A stretch of 64,000 bases of DNA from Eledone cirrhosa (Eukaryota), in NCBI GenBank assembly GCA_964016885.1, contig CAXHJY010000096.1:806001-870000 (forward strand), written 5' to 3'. Positions 12,410 through 26,270 of this stretch are shown one piece after another. A program made the position numbers and the translations under genes. The stretch's first letter is position 1. Every line of letters begins with the position of its first letter. Below the pieces are notes generated by a model that did no database searches, was not told the DNA's origin, and worked only from the letters and a program-made list of their open reading frames with translations.

Positions 12410-15400
12410 CCGTCCAAGGGGAGATAATTTCCAGCCGTCCAAGGGGAGATAATTTCCATCCTTCCAAGGGGATATAATTTCCAGCCGTCCAAGGGGAGAT
12501 AATTTCCCGCCAGCCAAGGGAAGATAATTTTTAAAAAAATCAGGCGGAGATTGTAAAAAAATCAGGGGGGAGATAATTTGTAAAAAAATCAGGGGAAGAT
12601 AATTTGTAAAAAAAAATCAGGGGGAGATAATTTGTAAAAAATAATCAGGGGGAGATAATTTCCAGCCCTCCAAGGGGCTATAATTTCCAGTGTCCAAGGG
12701 GAGATAATTTCCAGCCAGCGAAGGGGAGATAATTTTTTTTTAAAAATCATTGGGAGATTTGTAAAAAAAATCAGGGGGAGATAATTTGTAAAAAAAATCA
12801 AGGGGAGATAATTTCCAGCCGTCCAAGGGGAGGTAATATCTAGCCGTCCAAGGGTAGATAATTTCCAGCCGTCCAACGGGAGATAATTTCCAGCCGTCCA
12901 AGGGTAGATAATATCCAGCCGCCCAAGGACATATTTTCCAGCCGTCCAAGGAGAGGTAATTTCTAGCCGTCCAAGGGGAGATAATTTCCAGCCGTCCAAG
13001 GGTAGATAATATCCAGCCGTCCAAGGACATATTTTCCAGCCGTCCAAGGAGAGGTAATTTCTAGCCGTCCAAGGGGAGATAAATTCCAGCCTCCAAGGGG
13101 AGATAATTTCCAGCCAGCCAAGGGGAGATAATTTGTAAAAAAATCAGGGGGAGATAATTTGTAAAAAAAATCAGGGGGAGATAATTTGTAAAAAAAAATC
13201 AGGGGGAGATAATTTGTAAAAAAAAATCAGGGTGAGATAATTTGCAAAAAAAATCAGGGGGAGATAATTTGTAAAAAAAAATCAGGGGTAGATAATTTGT
13301 AAAAAAAAATCAGGGGGAGATAATTTGTAAAAAAAAATCAGGGGGAGATAATTTGTAAAAAAAATCAAGGGGAGATAATTTCCAGCCGTCCAAGGAGAGA
13401 TAATTTAAAAAAAAATCAGGCGGAGATAATTTGTAAAAAAAAATCAGGGGGAGATAATTTGTAAAAAAAATCAGGGGGAGATAATTTGTAAAAAAAAATC
13501 AGGGGTAGATAATTTGTAAAAAAAAATCAGGGGGAGAGAATTTGTAAAAAAAAATCAGGAGGAGATAATTTGTAAAAAAAATCAAGGGGAGATAATTTCC
13601 AGCCGTCCAAGGAGAGATAATTTAAAAAAAAATCAGGCGGAGATAATTTGTAAAAAAAAATCAGGGGGAGATAATTTGTAAAAAAAAATCAGGGGGAGAT
13701 AATTTGTAAAAAAAATCAAGGGGAGATAATTTCCAGCCGTCCAAGGGGAGATAATTTTCAGCCGTCCAAGGGGAGATAATTTCCCGCCAGCCAAGGGAAG
13801 ATAATATTCAAAAAAATCAGGCGGAGATAATTTGTAAAAAAAATCAGGGGGAGATAATTTGTAAAAAAATCAGGGGGAGATAATTTGTAAAAAAAAAAAT
13901 CAGGGGGAGATAATTTGTAAAAAAAATCAGGGGGAGATAATTTGTAAAAAAAATCAGGGGTAGATAATTTGTAAAAAAAAATCAGGGGGAGATAATTTGT
14001 AAAAAAAAATCAGGGGGAGATAATTTGTAAAAAAAATGAAAGGGGAGATAATATCCAGCCGTCCAAGGGGAGATAATTTCCAGCCGTCCAAGGGGAGATA
14101 ATTTCCAGCCGTCCAAGGGGAGATAATTTCCATCCTTCCAAGGGGATATAATTTCCAGCCGTCCAAGGGGAGATAATTTCCATCCTTCCAAGGGGATATA
14201 ATTTCCAGCCGTCCAAGGGGAGATAATTTTCAGCCGTCCAAGGAGAGGTAATTTCTAGCCGTCCAAGGAGAGATAATTTCCAGCCGTCCAAGGGGAGATA
14301 ATTTCCAGCCGTCCAAGGGGAGATAATTTCCAGCCGTCCAAGGAGACATATTTTCCAGCCGTCCAAGGAGAGGTAATTCCTAGCCGTCCAAGGGGAGATA
14401 AATTCCAGCCTCCAAGGGGAGATAATTTCCAGCCAGCCAAGGGGAGATAATTTGTAAAAAAAATCAGGGGGAGATAATTTGTAAAAAAAATCAGGGGGAG
14501 ATAATTTGTAAAAAAAAATCAGGGGTAGATAATTTGTAAAAAATAATCAGGGGGAGATAATTTGTAAAAAAAATCAAGGGGAGATAATTTCCAGCCGTCC
14601 AAGGGGAGATAATTTTCAGCCGTCCAAGGGGAGATAATTTCCCGCCAGCCAAGGGAAGATAATATTTAAAAAAATTAGGCGGAGATAATTTGTAAAAAAA
14701 ATCAGGGGGAGATAATTTGTAAAAAAATCAGGGGGAGATAATTTGTAAAAAAAATCAGGGGGAGATAATTTGTAAAAAAAATCAGGGGGAGATAATTTGT
14801 AAAAAAAAATCAGGGGGAGATAATTTGTAAAAAAAATCAAGGGGAGATAATTTCCAGCCGTCCAAGGGAAGATAATTTCCAGCCCTCCAAGGGGCTATAA
14901 TTTCCAGCGTCCAAGGGGAGATAATTTCCAGCCAGCGAAGGGGAGATAATTTTTTTTAAAAAATCATTGGGAGATTTGTAAAAAAAATCAGGGGGAGATA
15001 ATTTGTAAAAAAAATCAAGGGGAGATAATTTCCAGCCGTCCAAGGGGAGGTAATATCTAGCCGTCCAAGGGGAGATAATTTCCAGCCGTCCAAGGGGAGA
15101 TAATTTCCAGCCGTCCAAGGGTAGATAATATCCAGCCGTCCAAGGACATATTTTCCAGCCGTCCAAGGAGAGGTAATTTCTAGCCGTCCAAGGGGAGATA
15201 AATTCCAGCCTCCAAGGTGAGATAATTTCCAGCCAGCCAAGGGGAGATAATTTGTAAAAAAATCAGGGGGAGATAATTTGTAAAAAAAATCAGGGGGAGA
15301 TAATTTGTAAAAAAAAATCAGGGGGAGATAATTTGTAAAAAAAAATCAGGGGGAGATAATTTGTAAAAAAAAATCAGGGGGAGATAATTTGTAAAAAAAT

Positions 15401-18400
15401 CAAGGGGAGATAATTTCCAGCCGTCCAAGGGGAGATAATTTTCAGCCGTCCAAGGGGAGATAATTTCCCGCCAGCCAAGGGAAGATAATATTTGAAAAAA
15501 TCAGGCGGAGATAATTTGTAAAAAAAATCAGGGGGAGATAATTTGTAAAAAAATCAGGGGGAGATAATTTGTAAAAAAAAAATCAGGGGGAGATAATTTG
15601 TAAAAAGAATCAGGGGGAGATAATTTGTAAAAAAAAATCAGGGGTAGATAAATTGTAAAAAAAAATCAGGGGGAGATAATTTGTAAAAAAAATCAGGGGG
15701 AGATAATTTGTAAAAAAAATGAAAGGGGAGATAATATCCAGCCGTCCAAGGGGAGATAATTTCCAGCCGTCCAAGGGGAGATAATTTCCAGCCGTCCAAG
15801 GGGAGATAATTTCCATCCTTCCAAGGGGATATAATTTCCAGCCGTCCAAGGGGAGATAATTTCCCGCCAGCCAAGGGAAGATAATTTTTAAAAAAATCAG
15901 GCGGAGATTGTAAAAAAAATCAGGGGGGAGATAATTTGTAAAAAAATCAGGGGGAGATAATTTGTAAAAAAAAATCAGGGGGAGATAATTTGTAAAAAAT
16001 AATCAGGGGGAGATAATTTGTAAAAAAAAATCAAGGGGAGATAATTTCCAGCCGTCCAAGGGGAGATAATTTCCCGCCAGCCAAGGGAAGATAATATTTA
16101 AAAAAATTAGGCGGAGATAATTTGTAAAAAAAATCAGGGGGAGATAATTTGTAAAAAAATCAGGGGGAGATAATTTGTAAAAAAAATCAGGGGGAGATAA
16201 TTTGTAAAAAAATTCATGGGGAGATAATTTGTAAAAAAAAATCAGGGGTAGATAATTTGTAAAAAAAAATCAGGGGGAGATAATTTGTAAAAAAAAAATC
16301 AGGGGGAGATAATTTGTAAAAAAAAATCAGGGGGAGATAATTTGTAAAAAAAATCAAGGGGAGATAATTTCCAGCCGTCCAAGGGAAGATAATTTCCAGC
16401 CCTCCAAGGGGCTATAATTTCCAGCGTCCAAGGGGAGATAATTTCCAGCCAGCGAAGGGGAGATAATTTTTTTTAAAAAATCATTGGGAGATTTGTAAAA
16501 AAAATCAGGGGGAGATAATTTGTAAAAAAAATCAAGGGGAGATAATTTCCAGCCGTCCAAGGGGAGGTAATATCTAGCCGTCCAAGGGGAGATAATTTCC
16601 AGCCGTCCAAGGGGAGATAATTTCCAGCCGTCCAAGGGTAGATAATATCCAGCCGTCCAAGGACATATTTTCCAGCCGTCCAAGGAGAGGTAATTTCTAG
16701 CCGTCCAAGGGGAGATAAATTCCAGCCTCCAAGGTGAGATAATTTCCAGCCAGCCAAGGGGAGATAATTTGTAAAAAAATCAGGGGGAGATAATTTGTAA
16801 AAAAAATCAGGGGGAGATAATTTGTAAAAAAAAATCAGGGGGAGATAATTTGTAAAAAAAAATCAGGGGGAGATAATTTGTAAAAAAAAATCAGGGGGAG
16901 ATAATTTGTAAAAAAATCAAGGGGAGATAATTTCCAGCCGTCCAAGGGGAGATAATTTTCAGCCGTCCAAGGGGAGATAATTTCCCGCCAGCCAAGGGAA
17001 GATAATATTTGAAAAAATCAGGCGGAGATAATTTGTAAAAAAAATCAGGGGGAGATAATTTGTAAAAAAATCAGGGGGAGATAATTTGTAAAAAAAAAAT
17101 CAGGGGGAGATAATTTGTAAAAAGAATCAGGGGGAGATAATTTGTAAAAAAAAATCAGGGGTAGATAAATTGTAAAAAAAAATCAGGGGGAGATAATTTG
17201 TAAAAAAAATCAGGGGGAGATAATTTGTAAAAAAAATGAAAGGGGAGATAATATCCAGCCGTCCAAGGGGAGATAATTTCCAGCCGTCCAAGGGGAGATA
17301 ATTTCCAGCCGTCCAAGGGGAGATAATTTCCATCCTTCCAAGGGGATATAATTTCCAGCCGTCCAAGGGGAGATAATTTCCCGCCAGCCAAGGGAAGATA
17401 ATTTTTAAAAAAATCAGGCGGAGATTGTAAAAAAAATCAGGGGGGAGATAATTTGTAAAAAAATCAGGGGGAGATAATTTGTAAAAAAAAATCAGGGGGA
17501 GATAATTTGTAAAAAATAATCAGGGGGAGATAATTTGTAAAAAAAAATCAAGGGGAGATAATTTCCAGCCGTCCAAGGGGAGATAATTTCCCGCCAGCCA
17601 AGGGAAGATAATATTTAAAAAAATTAGGCGGAGATAATTTGTAAAAAAAATCAGGGGGAGATAATTTGTAAAAAAATCAGGGGGAGATAATTTGTAAAAA
17701 AAATCAGGGGGAGATAATTTGTAAAAAAATTCATGGGGAGATAATTTGTAAAAAAAAATCAGGGGTAGATAATTTGTAAAAAAAAATCAGGGGGAGATAA
17801 TTTGTAAAAAAAAAATCAGGGGGAGATAATTTGTAAAAAAAATCAAGGGGAGATAATTTCCAGCCGTCCAAGGGGAGATAATTTTCAGTCGTCCAAGGAG
17901 AGGTAATTTCTAGCCGTCCAAGGGGAGATAATTTCCAGCCGTCCAAGGGGAGATAATTTCCAGCCGTCCAAGGGGAGATAATTTTTTTTAAAAAATCAGG
18001 CGGAGATAATTTGTAAAAAAAATCAGGGGGAGATAATTTGTAAACAAAATCAGGGGGAGATAATTTGTAAAAAAAAATCAGGGGGAGATAATTTGTAAAA
18101 AAAATTAGGCGTAGATAATTTTTAAAAAAAAATCAGGGGGAGATAATTTGTAAAAAAAAATCAGGGGGAGATAATTTGTTTAAAAAATCAAGGGGAGATA
18201 ATTTGCAGCCGTCCAAGGGGAGATAATTTTCAGCCGTCCAAGGAGAGGTAATTTCTAGCCGTTCAAGGGGAGATAATTTCCAGCCGTCCAAGGGGAGATA
18301 ATTTCCAGCCGTCCAAGGGGAGATAATTTTTTTTAAAAAATCAGGCGGAGATAATTTGTAAAAAAAAATCAGGGGGAGATAATTCGTAAAAAAAAATCAG

Positions 18401-21400
18401 GGGGAGATAATTTGTAAAAAAAAATCAGGGGGAGATAATTTGTAAAAAAAATCAAGGGGAGATAATTTCCAGCCGTCCAAGGGGAGGTAATATCTAGCCG
18501 TCCAAGGGGAGATAATTTCCAGCCGTCCAAGGGGAGATAATTTCCAGCCGTCCAAGGGGAGATAATTTCCAGCCGTCCAAGGAGACATATTTTCCAGCCG
18601 TCCAAGGCGAGGTAATTTCTAGCCGTCCAAGGGGAGATTAATTCCAGCCTCCAAGGGGAGATAATTTCCAGCCAGCCAAGGGGAGATAATTTGTAAAAAA
18701 ATCAGGGGGAGATAATTTGTAAAAAATATCAGGGAGATAATTTGTAAAAAAAAATCAGGGGGAGATAATTTGTAAAAAAAATCAGGGGGAGATAATTTGT
18801 AAAAAAAAATCAGGGGGAGATAATTTGTAAAAAAAATCAAGGGGAGATAATTTCCAGCCGTCCAAGGGGAGATAATTTTCAGCCGTCCAAGGAGAGGTAA
18901 TTTCTAACCGTCCGAGGAGAGATAATTTCCAGCCGTCCAAGGGGAGATAATTTCCAGCCGTCCAAGGGGAGATAATTTCCAGCCGTCCAAGGAGACATAT
19001 TTTCCAGCCGTCCAAGGAGAGGTAAATTCTAGCCGTCCAAGGGGAGATAAATTCCAGCCTCCAAGGGGAGATAATTTCCAGCCAGCCAAGGGGAGATAAT
19101 TTGTAAAAAAATCAGGGGGAGATAATTTGCAAAAAAAATCAGGGGGAGATAATTTGTAAAAAAAATCAGGGGGAGATAATTTGTAAAAAATAATCAGGGG
19201 GAGATAATTTCCAGCCCTCCAAGGGGCTATAATTTCCAGTGTCCAAGGGGAGATAATTTCCAGCCAGCGAAGGGGAGATAATTTTTTTTTAAAAATCATT
19301 GGGAGATTTGTAAAAAAAATCAGGGGGAGATAATTTGTAAAAAAAATCAAGGGGAGATAATTTCCAGCCGTCCAAGGGGAGGTAATATCTAGCCGTCCAA
19401 GGGTAGATAATTTCCAGCCGTCCAACGGGAGATAATTTCCAGCCGTCCAAGGGTAGATAATATCCAGCCGCCCAAGGACATATTTTCCAGCCGTCCAAGG
19501 AGAGGTAATTTCTAGCCGTCCAAGGGGAGATAATTTCCAGCCGTCCAAGGGTAGATAATATCCATCCGTCCAAGGACATATTTTCCAGCCGTCCAAGGAG
19601 AGGTAATTTCTAGCCGTCCAAGGGGAGATAAATTCCAGCCTCCAAGGGGAGATAATTTCCAGCCAGCCAAGGGGAGATAATTTGTAAAAAAATCAGGGGG
19701 AGATAATTTGTAAAAAAAATCAGGGGGAGATAATTTGTAAAAAAAAATCAGGGGGAGATAATTTGTAAAAAAAAATCAGGGTGAGATAATTTGCAAAAAA
19801 AATCAGGGGGAGATAATTTGTAAAAAAAAATCAGGGGGAGATAATTTGTAAAAAAAATCAAGGGGAGATAATTTCCAGCCGTCCAAGGAGAGATAATTTA
19901 AAAAAAAATCAGGCGGAGATAATTTGTAAAAAAAAATCAGGGGGAGATAATTTGTAAAAAAAATCAGGGGGAGATAATTTGTAAAAAAAAATCAGGGGTA
20001 GATAATTTGTAAAAAAAAATCAGGGGGAGATAATTTGTAAAAAAAAATCAGGAGGAGATAATTTGTAAAAAAAATCAAGGGGAGATAATTTCCAGCCGTC
20101 CAAGGAGAGATAATTTTAAAAAAAATCAGGCGGAGATAATTTGTAAAAAAAAATCAGGGGGAGATAATTTGTAAAAAAAAATCAGGGGGAGATAATTTGT
20201 AAAAAAAATCAAGGGGAGATAATTTCCAGCCGTCCAAGGGGAGATAATTTTCAGCCGTCCAAGGGGAGATAATTTCCCGCCAGCCAAGGGAAGATAATAT
20301 TCAAAAAAATCAGGCGGAGATAATTTGTAAAAAAAATCAGGGGGAGATAATTTGTAAAAAAATCAGGGGGAGATAATTTGTAAAAAAAAAAATCAGGGGG
20401 AGATAATTTGTAAAAAAAAATCAGGGGGAGATAATTTGTAAAAAAAATCAGGGGTAGATAATTTGTAAAAAAAAATCAGGGGGAGATAATTTGTAAAAAA
20501 AAATCAGGGGGAGATAATTTGTAAAAAAAATGAAAGGGGAGATAATATCCAGCCGTCCAAGGGGAGATAATTTCCAGCCGTCCAAGGGGAGATAATTTCC
20601 AGCCGTCCAAGGGGAGATAATTTCCATCCTTCCAAGGGGATATAATTTCCAGCCGTCCAAGGGGAGATAATTTCCATCCTTCCAAGGGGATATAATTTCC
20701 AGCCGTCCAAGGGGAGATAATTTTCAGCCGTCCAAGGAGAGGTAATTTCTAGCCGTCCAAGGAGAGATAATTTCCAGCCGTCCAAGGGGAGATAATTTCC
20801 AGCCGTCCAAGGGGAGATAATTTCCAGCCGTCCAAGGAGACATATTTTCCAGCCGTCCAAGGAGAGGTAATTCCTAACCGTCCAAGGGGAGATAAATTCC
20901 AGCCTCCAAGGGGAGATAATTTCCAGCCAGCCAAGGGGAGATAATTTGTAAAAAAAATCAGGGGGAGATAATTTGTAAAAAAAATCAGGGGGAGATAATT
21001 TGTAAAAAAAAATCAGGGGTAGATAATTTGTAAAAAATAATCAGGGGGAGATAATTTGTAAAAAAAATCAAGGGGAGATAATTTCCAGCCGTCCAAGGGG
21101 AGATAATTTTCAGCCGTCCAAGGGGAGATAATTTCCCGCCAGCCAAGGGAAGATAATATTTAAAAAAATTAGGCGGAGATAATTTGTAAAAAAAATCAGG
21201 GGGAGATAATTTGTAAAAAAATCAGGGGGAGATAATTTGTAAAAAAAATCAGGGGGAGATAATTTGTAAAAAAAATCAGGGGGAGATAATTTGTAAAAAA
21301 AAATCAGGGGGAGATAATTTGTAAAAAAAATCAAGGGGAGATAATTTCCAGCCGTCCAAGGGAAGATAATTTCCAGCCCTCCAAGGGGCTATAATTTCCA

Positions 21401-24400
21401 GCGTCCAAGGGGAGATAATTTCCAGCCAGCGAAGGGGAGATAATTTTTTTTAAAAAATCATTGGGAGATTTGTAAAAAAAATCAGGGGGAGATAATTTGT
21501 AAAAAAAATCAAGGGGAGATAATTTCCAGCCGTCCAAGGGGAGGTAATATCTAGCCGTCCAAGGGGAGATAATTTCCAGCCGTCCAAGGGGAGATAATTT
21601 CCAGCCGTCCAAGGGTAGATAATATCCAGCCGTCCAAGGACATATTTTCCAGCCGTCCAAGGAGAGGTAATTTCTAGCCGTCCAAGGGGAGATAAATTCC
21701 AGCCTCCAAGGTGAGATAATTTCCAGCCAGCCAAGGGGAGATAATTTGTAAAAAAATCAGGGGGAGATAATTTGTAAAAAAAATCAGGGGGAGATAATTT
21801 GTAAAAAAAAATCAGGGGGAGATAATTTGTAAAAAAAAATCAGGGGGAGATAATTTGTAAAAAAAAATCAGGGGGAGATAATTTGTAAAAAAATCAAGGG
21901 GAGATAATTTCCAGCCGTCCAAGGGGAGATAATTTTCAGCCGTCCAAGGGGAGATAATTTCCCGCCAGCCAAGGGAAGATAATATTTGAAAAAATCAGGC
22001 GGAGATAATTTGTAAAAAAAATCAGGGGGAGATAATTTGTAAAAAAATCAGGGGGAGATAATTTGTAAAAAAAAAATCAGGGGGAGATAATTTGTAAAAA
22101 GAATCAGGGGGAGATAATTTGTAAAAAAAAATCAGGGGTAGATAAATTGTAAAAAAAAATCAGGGGGAGATAATTTGTAAAAAAAATCAGGGGGAGATAA
22201 TTTGTAAAAAAAATGAAAGGGGAGATAATATCCAGCCGTCCAAGGGGAGATAATTTCCAGCCGTCCAAGGGGAGATAATTTCCAGCCGTCCAAGGGGAGA
22301 TAATTTCCATCCTTCCAAGGGGATATAATTTCCAGCCGTCCAAGGGGAGATAATTTCCCGCCAGCCAAGGGAAGATAATTTTTAAAAAAATCAGGCGGAG
22401 ATTGTAAAAAAAATCAGGGGGGAGATAATTTGTAAAAAAATCAGGGGGAGATAATTTGTAAAAAAAAATCAGGGGGAGATAATTTGTAAAAAATAATCAG
22501 GGGGAGATAATTTGTAAAAAAAAATCAAGGGGAGATAATTTCCAGCCGTCCAAGGGGAGATAATTTTCCGCCAGCCAAGGGAAGATAATATTTAAAAAAA
22601 TTAGGCGGAGATAATTTGTAAAAAAAATCAGGGGGAGATAATTTGTAAAAAAATCAGGGGGAGATAATTTGTAAAAAAAATCAGGGGGAGATAATTTGTA
22701 AAAAAATTCATGGGGAGATAATTTGTAAAAAAAAATCAGGGGTAGATAATTTGTAAAAAAAATCAGGGGGAGATAATTTGTAAAAAAAAATCAGGGGGAG
22801 ATAATTTGTAAAAAAAATCAAGGGGAGATAATTTCCAGCCGTCCAAGGGGAGATAATTTTCAGCCGTCCAAGGAGAGGTAATTTCTAGCCGTCCAAGGGG
22901 AGATAATTTCCAGCCGTCCAAGGGGAGGTAATTTCCAGCCGTCCAAGGGGAGATAATTTAAAAAAAAAAATCAGGCGGAGATAATTTGTAAAAAAAATCA
23001 AGGGGAGATAATTTGCAGCCGTCCAAGGGGAGATAATTTTCAGTCGTCCAAGGAGAGGTAATTTCTAGCCGTCCAAGGGGAGATAATTGCCAGCCGTCCA
23101 AGGGGAGATAATTTCCAGCCGTCCAAGGGGAGATAATTTTTTTTAAAAAATCAGGCGGAGATAATTTGTAAAAAAAATCAGGGGGAGATAATTTGTAAAC
23201 AAAATCAGGGGGAGATAATTTGTAAAAAAAAATCAGGGGGAGATAATTTGTAAAAAAAATCATGGAGAGATAATTTCCAGCCGTCCAAGGTGAGATAATT
23301 TCCAGCCGTCCAAGGAGACATATTTTCCAGCCGTCCAAGGCGAGGTAATTTCTAGCCGTCCAAGGGTAGATAAATTCCAGCCTCCAAGGGGAGATAATTT
23401 CCAGCCAGCCAAGTGGAGATAATTTGTAAAAAAATCAGGGGGAGATAATTTGTAAAAAATATCAGGGAGATAATTTGTAAAAAAAAATCAGGGGGAGATA
23501 ATTTGTAAAAAAAATCAGGGGGAGATAATTTGTAAAAAAAAATCAGGGGGAGATAATTTGTAAAAAAAATCAAGGGGAGATAATTTCCAGCCGTCCAAGG
23601 GGAGATAATTTTCAGCCGTCCAAGGGGAGATAATTTCCCGCCAGCCAAGGGAAGATAATATTTAAAAAAATCAGGCGGAGATAATTTGTAAAAAAAATCA
23701 GGGGGAGATAATTTGTAAAAAAATCAGGGGGAGATAATTTGTAAAAAAAAAATCAGGGGGAGATAATTTGTAAAAAAAATCAGGGGGAGATAATTTGTAA
23801 AAAAAAATCAGGGGTAGATAATTTGTAAACAAAAATCAGGGGGAGATAATTTGTAAAAAAAAATCAGGGGGAGATAATTTGTAAAAAAAATGAAAGGGGA
23901 GATAATATCCAGCCGTCCAAGGGGAGATAATTTCCAGCCGTCCAAGGGGATATAATTTCCAGCCGTCCAAGGTGAGATAATTTCCATCCTTCCAAGGGGA
24001 TATAATTTCCAGCCGTCCAAGGGGAGATAATTTCCCGCCAGCCAAGGGAAGATAATTTTTAAAAAAATCAGGCGGAGATTGTAAAAAAAATCAGGGGGGA
24101 GATAATTTGTAAAAAAATCAGGGGGAGATAATTTGTAAAAAATAATCAGGGGGAGATAATTTGTAAAAAAATTCAAGGGGAGATAATTTCCAGCCGTCCA
24201 AGGGGAGATAATTTCCCGCCAGCCAAGGGAAGATAATATTTAAAAAAATTAGGCGGAGATAATTTGTAAAAAAAATCAGGGGGAGATAATTTGTAAAAAA
24301 ATCAGGGGGAGATAATTTGTAAAAAAAATCAGGGGGAGATAATTTGTAAAAAAAATCATGGGGAGATAATTTGTAAAAAAAAATCAGGGGTAGATAATTT

Positions 24401-25421
24401 GTAAAAAAAAATCAGGGGGAGATAATTTGTAAAAAAAAATCAGGGGGAGATAATTTGTAAAAAAAATCAAGGGGAGATAATATCCAGCCGTCCAAGGAGA
24501 GATAATTTAAAAAAAAAATGAGGCGGAGATAATTTGTAAAAAAAAAATCAGGGGGAGTTAATTTGTAAAAAAAAATGAGGGGGAGATAATTTGTAAAAAA
24601 AATCAAGGGGAGATAATTTCCAGCCGTCCAAGGGGAGATAATTTTCAGCCGTCCAAGGAGAGGTAATTTCTAGCCGTCCAAGGGGAGATAATTTCCAGCC
24701 GTCCAAGGGGAGGTAATTTCCAGCCGTCCAAGGGGAGATAATTTTTAAAAAAAAATCAGGCGGAGATAATTTGTAAAAAAAATCAAGGGGAGATAATTTG
24801 CAGCCGTCCAAGGGGAGATAATTTTCAGTCGTCCAAGGAGAGGTAATTTCTAGCCGTCCAAGGGGAGATAATTTCCAGCCGTCCAAGGGGAGATAATTTC
24901 CAGCCGTCCAAGGGGAGATAATTTTTTTTAAAAAATCAGGCGGAGATAATTTGTAAAAAAAATCAGGGGGAGATAATTTGTAAACAAAATCAGGGGGAGA
25001 TAATTTGTAAAAAAAAATCAGGGGGAGATAATTTGTAAAAAAAATTAGGCGTAGATAATTTGTAAAAAAAAATCAGGGGGAGATAATTTGTAAAAAAAAA
25101 TCAGGGGGAGATAATTTGTTTAAAAAATCAAGGGGAGATAATTTGCAGCCGTCCAAGGGGAGATAATTTTCAGCCGTCCAAGGAGAGGTAATTTCTAGCC
25201 GTTCAAGGGGAGATAATTTCCAGCCGTCCAAGGGGAGATAATTTCCAGCCGTCCAAGGGGAGATAATTTTTTTTAAAAAATCAGGCGGAGATAATTTGTA
25301 AAAAAAAATCAGGGGGAGATAATTCGTAAAAAAAAATCAGGGGGAGTTAATTTGTAAAAAAAAATCAGGGGGAGATAATTTGTAAAAAAAATCAAGGGGA
25401 GATAATTTCCAGCCGTCCAAG
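12410..25421. repeat. ~13 kb segmental duplication, copy 1 (matches ~50990-64000, offset 38578-38579)
   Basis: ORF pairs 12589/51168, 13954/52533, 18904/57483, 20448/59026, 23352/61931, 24548/63127. Shared rare variants: TATCCATCCGTC (~19559/~58138) and GGGGAGTTAA (~25341/~63920). Confidence 0.93.
14790..17840. repeat. Tandem higher-order duplication, period 1517 bp (~2 copies)
   Basis: ORF pairs 14837/16354, 14956/16473 and 15610/17127 are all offset by 1517. Both copies share TATTTGAAAAAA and TAAAAAGAATC. Confidence 0.92.
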
Positions 25422-26270
25422 GGGAGGTAATATCTAGCCGTCCAAGGGGAGATAATTTCCAGCCGTCCAAGGGGAGATAATTTCCAGCCGTCCAAGGGGA
25501 GATAATTTCCAGCCGTCCAAGGAGACATATTTTCCAGCCGTCCAAGGCGAGGTAATTTCTAGCCGTCCAAGGGGAGATTAATTCCAGCCTCCAAGGGGAG
25601 ATAATTTCCAGCCAGCCAAGGGGAGATAATTTGTAAAAAAATCAGGGGGAGATAATTTGTAAAAAATATCAGGGAGATAATTTGTAAAAAAAAATCAGGG
25701 GGAGATAATTTGTAAAAAAAATCAGGGGGAGATAATTTGTAAAAAAAAATCAGGGGGAGATAATTTGTAAAAAAAATCAAGGGGAGATAATTTCCAGCCG
25801 TCCAAGGGGAGATAATTTTCAGCCGTCCAAGGAGAGGTAATTTCTAACCGTCCGAGGAGAGATAATTTCCAGCCGTCCAAGGGGAGATAATTTCCAGCCG
25901 TCCAAGGAGACATATTTTCCAGCCGTCCAAGGAGAGGTAATTTCTAGCCGTCCAAGGGGAGATAAATTCCAGCCTCCAAGGGGAGATAATTTCCAGCCAG
26001 CCAAGGGGAGATAATTTGTAAAAAAATCAGGGGGAGATAATTTGCAAAAAAAATCAGGGGGAGATAATTTGTAAAAAAAATCAGGGGGAGATAATTTGTA
26101 AAAAATAATCAGGGGGAGATAATTTCCAGCCGTCCAAGGGAAGATAATTTCCAGCCCTCCAAGGGGCTATAATTTCCAGTGTCCAAGGGGAGATAATTTC
26201 CAGCCAGAGAAGGGGAGATAATTTTTTTTAAAAAATCATTGGGAGATTTGTAAAAAAAATCAGGGGGAGA
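19830..26270. repeat. ~6.4 kb duplication, copy 1 (matches ~32170-38630, offset 12339, then 12364 after a one-B-monomer indel)
   Basis: ORF pairs 20448/32787, 21110/33449, 22104/34443, 23352/35691, 24412/36751, 25309/37648, 25559/37898. ORF ends 26004/38368 give the shifted offset. Confidence 0.88.

Noticed and set aside
18904-19596. Longest ORF (230 aa), repeated at 57483..58175
   Set aside because: A chance stop-free path through the monomers. Its recurrence is explained by the 38,579-bp duplication, not by coding constraint.
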